Shown: piece after piece, positions 53,218 to 55,421 of the stretch | Position numbering within the stretch: the stretch's first letter is position 1 | Layout of the letters: every line of letters starts with the position of its first letter | IMG/VR virus record: IMGVR_UViG_3300044729_001120 | Location: 1-55,421 of that record | Reading direction: 5' to 3' (one strand) | From: a virus | Lineage: Duplodnaviria; Caudoviricetes | DNA length: 55,421 nucleotides | Made by a program: the position numbers and the translations under genes | Notes under the pieces: model-generated | What the model saw: the letters and a program-made list of their open reading frames with translations, nothing else | The model's database searches: none | Told to the model about the DNA's origin: nothing

Positions 53218-54126
53218 ATGGCTATTTCTCGTTCCCAATTAGTCGCCGAACTTGAGCCGGGTCTTAACGCTCTGTTCGGTATGGAGTACGACACCTACAA
53301 AGATGAGCACACGGAGATTTATTCAATCGAATCTTCCGACCGCGCATTTGAAGAAGAAGTTATGCTCTCTGGTTTTGGCGAAGCACCCGTGAAGTCTGAA
53401 GGCGCAGGTGTCGAGTACGACAACGCGCAAGAAGTCTACACCGCTCGCTACACCCATGAAACCATTGCTTTGGCTTTCAGCCTGACCGAAGAAGCCGTAG
53501 AAGACAACCTCTACGACCGTCTGTCAGTGCGTTACACCAAGGCTCTGGCTCGCTCAATGGCTCAGACCAAGCAGATCAAAGCAGCTGCTATTCTGAACGG
53601 TGCTTTCACCACTTCAATCGGTGGCGACGGCGTTGCGCTTTGCTCAACAGATCACCCCACGCTGAGTGGTCCAAATCTGCGTAACGAGCTGTCTGTATCT
53701 GCAGACCTCTCTGAAACCTCACTGGAGCAGGCGCTGATCGACATCGCTGCCTTCACTGATGAGCGCGGTTTGAAGATTGCGATTCAGGGTCTGAAGCTGA
53801 TCATCCCGAAAGAGCTGCAGTTCACTGCTGACCGTATCATGAAGTCAACCCTGCGCGTAGGCACAGCGGATAACGACATTAACGCGATCCGCAACATGGG
53901 CATGGTTCCGCAGGGCTACACTGTTAACCACTTCCTCGTTGATCCAGATGCGTTCTTCATCAAGACCGATGCGCCTAACGGCATGAAGATGTTCAACCGT
54001 GCTGCGATCAAAACCGGCTTTGAAGGCGACTTCGATACTGGTAACGTTAGGTACAAAGCGCGGGAGAGATATTCATTCGGATTTTCTGATCCCCGTGGTA
54101 TCTTTGGTTCGCCCGGCACTCCGTAA
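53218..54126 (+). CDS. Major capsid protein (HK97 fold, Mu gpT-like)
   Basis: MAISRSQL..ELEPGLNALFG, SDRAFEEE, EEAVEDNLY, YKARERYSFG.SDPRG. Confidence 0.9.
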   Translation: MAISRSQLVAELEPGLNALFGMEYDTYKDEHTEIYSIESSDRAFEEEVMLSGFGEAPVKSEGAGVEYDNAQEVYTARYTHETIALAFSLTEEAVEDNLYDRLSVRYTKALARSMAQTKQIKAAAILNGAFTTSIGGDGVALCSTDHPTLSGPNLRNELSVSADLSETSLEQALIDIAAFTDERGLKIAIQGLKLIIPKELQFTADRIMKSTLRVGTADNDINAIRNMGMVPQGYTVNHFLVDPDAFFIKTDAPNGMKMFNRAAIKTGFEGDFDTGNVRYKARERYSFGFSDPRGIFGSPGTP

Positions 54127-54141
54127 TAGGTATCCGGTTAT

Positions 54142-54176
54142 AAAGAAGGGGGGCTCTTGTAGCTCCCCTTTTTTTT
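54142..54176 (+). terminator. Rho-independent terminator after the capsid gene
   Basis: AAGGGGGGCT-cttgt-AGCTCCCCTT followed by a T run. Confidence 0.85.
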
Positions 54177-54194
54177 ATATATAGTGTTTCCATT

Positions 54195-54268
54195 CTCGGA
54201 ACAATTTACGCGCTGCAGACCGACCGAGCGGACGACATGCAGACTGAAGCGCAACACTCGCATGTGAG
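54195..54268 (+). ncRNA. Structured element downstream of the Mu-gpT-like capsid gene (candidate Mu-gpT-DE RNA motif)
   Basis: Interleaved pairings CTCGG/CCGAG, GCGCT.CAG/CTG.AGCGC, ACATGC/GCATGT; position fits the motif's described context. Confidence 0.45.
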
Positions 54269-54277
54269 GATTCTAAA

Positions 54278-54871
54278 ATGGCAACTACTACCTTTTCTGG
54301 GCCAGTTAACTCGTTAAATGGCTTTGTTGTCGGCACCTCCGATGACCCAGTTAGCGTAACCACCGCAACAAACATCAACAGCAACTTTGCCACAAGCTCC
54401 GCTACTACTGGCGACACCCGTCTCAGCTTCAATCGTCTGACCATAAGCTCAACGGGCTCTGGTGAGACTATTCGTGCTTTGACTCGCGTCACGGGCGCAG
54501 GCGCTGCAACTGGCGGCACTGTTAACGGCGCACATATCTCTACAGCCATTCTGACTGGCGGCACAATTTCCGGCGCTGCGAACGCGCTTCGAGCGACCAT
54601 TGGCGCCTCTGTTGCGTCTCCGGGCGGCACTCTGGCTGCACTGCAGCTTGATACTGACTTCGCATCGGGCACTACTCTTAGTGCTGACAGCGCATTTATC
54701 CGCGTAACTGACTCTGGCGCTGGCGCCGGCAAGATGACGCGCTTGATGAACATCGCTACTGGAACCGGCGTGTTCACTGCTGCAACCAGCTCAAGCACCT
54801 TGGCTGGCGGCATTAGAGTTCGTATTGGTGGTGTTGACCGTTTCCTAGTTGTTGCAAGCGCGATTGCGTAA
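54278..54871 (+). CDS. Putative head fibre/decoration protein
   Basis: 197 aa; MATTTFSGPV start, Thr/Gly/Ala/Ser rich. Confidence 0.6.
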   Translation: MATTTFSGPVNSLNGFVVGTSDDPVSVTTATNINSNFATSSATTGDTRLSFNRLTISSTGSGETIRALTRVTGAGAATGGTVNGAHISTAILTGGTISGAANALRATIGASVASPGGTLAALQLDTDFASGTTLSADSAFIRVTDSGAGAGKMTRLMNIATGTGVFTAATSSSTLAGGIRVRIGGVDRFLVVASAIA

Positions 54872-55056
54872 TGCAGATCACTAAGGAATTTCTGTTAACA
54901 GAGATTGCCGAATTGCAAACTGAATCAAAGAAGGCCGAAACCTTTTTAATTCAAGCGCAAGCGACAATCGCTGCTTACCAGATGTTGGTGAGTCGATTAG
55001 ACGCGCCAGAACCAGTTGAAACGTGCCAAGAGGTAAATCTAAATGAGCTTCAGTAA
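54871..55056 (+). CDS. Small coiled-coil hypothetical protein
   Basis: 61 aa, TAATG coupling. Confidence 0.6.
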   Translation: MQITKEFLLTEIAELQTESKKAETFLIQAQATIAAYQMLVSRLDAPEPVETCQEVNLNELQ

Positions 55057-55345
55057 TATTCAATCGGTCACCAAGACTGCAGATGCTTCTGCGGTCGTTG
55101 GGCGGTGCAGATTGGTGGGGGTTTACTTCACCAATACTGGCGTTGCGGCTTCCTTTGCGCTTAAAGACGGCACGAGTACCGCCGGCACAGCAAAGCTCAC
55201 GATCTTCACGCCGGCAGCGGCGGGCGGTCAGGATGTGATCATTCCGGACATGGGTATCCTGTTTGAAACAGGCATATTCATTGACGTTGCAAGCGCAGAA
55301 GTGTTGAGTGTAACGCTGTTATTTGAAGGCGGAGCGGCTGCCTAA
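55043..55345 (+). CDS. Hypothetical structural protein
   Basis: 100 aa; IPD.GILF.TGI motif. Confidence 0.6.
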   Translation: MSFSNIQSVTKTADASAVVGRCRLVGVYFTNTGVAASFALKDGTSTAGTAKLTIFTPAAAGGQDVIIPDMGILFETGIFIDVASAEVLSVTLLFEGGAAA

Positions 55346-55421
55346 TGGCTACCAAGGGCATGGGGATTAAAACCTCCGTGAAATCCGGCAACTTCCGCCC
55401 CACTAAAAAAGGGGCGGGAAT
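55345..55421 (+). CDS. Partial 5' end of a basic hypothetical protein
   Basis: MATKGMGIKTSVKSGNFRPTKKGAG..., TAATG coupling, runs off the window. Confidence 0.55.
   Translation, partial: MATKGMGIKTSVKSGNFRPTKKGAG

Larger units (their letters stand above)
1..55421. mobile_element. Tailed dsDNA bacteriophage genome (podovirus-like, circularly permuted, incomplete at both ends)
   Basis: terL, terS, portal, scaffold, major capsid, tail, lysozyme, primase/helicase all present; no host housekeeping genes; structural operon runs off the right end and resumes at the left end. Confidence 0.95.

Noticed and set aside
1-55421. Integrated prophage boundaries or terminal repeat
   Set aside because: No integrase or host genes; the two ends fall within different structural genes and do not overlap, so the window is an incomplete permuted genome.

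Overview
This window is most of a circularly permuted, roughly 55+ kb tailed-phage genome. It has podovirus-like organisation resembling aquatic uncultured (uvMED / HTVC010P-style) phages: Mu-gpT-like major capsid, GroES in the head module, tail tubular proteins and large internal virion proteins. Gene order: neck/tail genes (1-3.8 kb); an RCC1-propeller plus sulfotransferase/glycosyltransferase/APS-kinase island (3.8-10.4 kb); lysis (10.4-12.1 kb); tail tube and ejection-type proteins (13.1-23.4 kb); a divergent early region built from repeated sigma70 promoter units and ANGGAN hairpins (23.4-27.3 kb); a leftward run of small accessory ORFs, terS, ssb and RecE-like genes (27.5-34.5 kb); a rightward helicase / VRR-NUC / primase-VapE module; a ~1 kb non-coding origin/terminus region with iterons, an IHF box and a dif-like palindrome; terL; a 2044-aa modular protein; then portal, GroES, scaffold and capsid genes. 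No integrase, tRNA, rRNA or CRISPR array was seen. The most notable candidates are: (i) the 2044-aa protein, whose enzymatic cassettes are delimited by repeats and one of which has an overprinted small gene; (ii) a [MFY]-x-x-G-G motif shared across probable virion-internal proteins; (iii) a putative virion sulfo-glycosylation pathway; (iv) CsrA/RsmA-type hairpins in early leaders; (v) a dif-like site. All product calls come from motif recognition by eye, not database searches.
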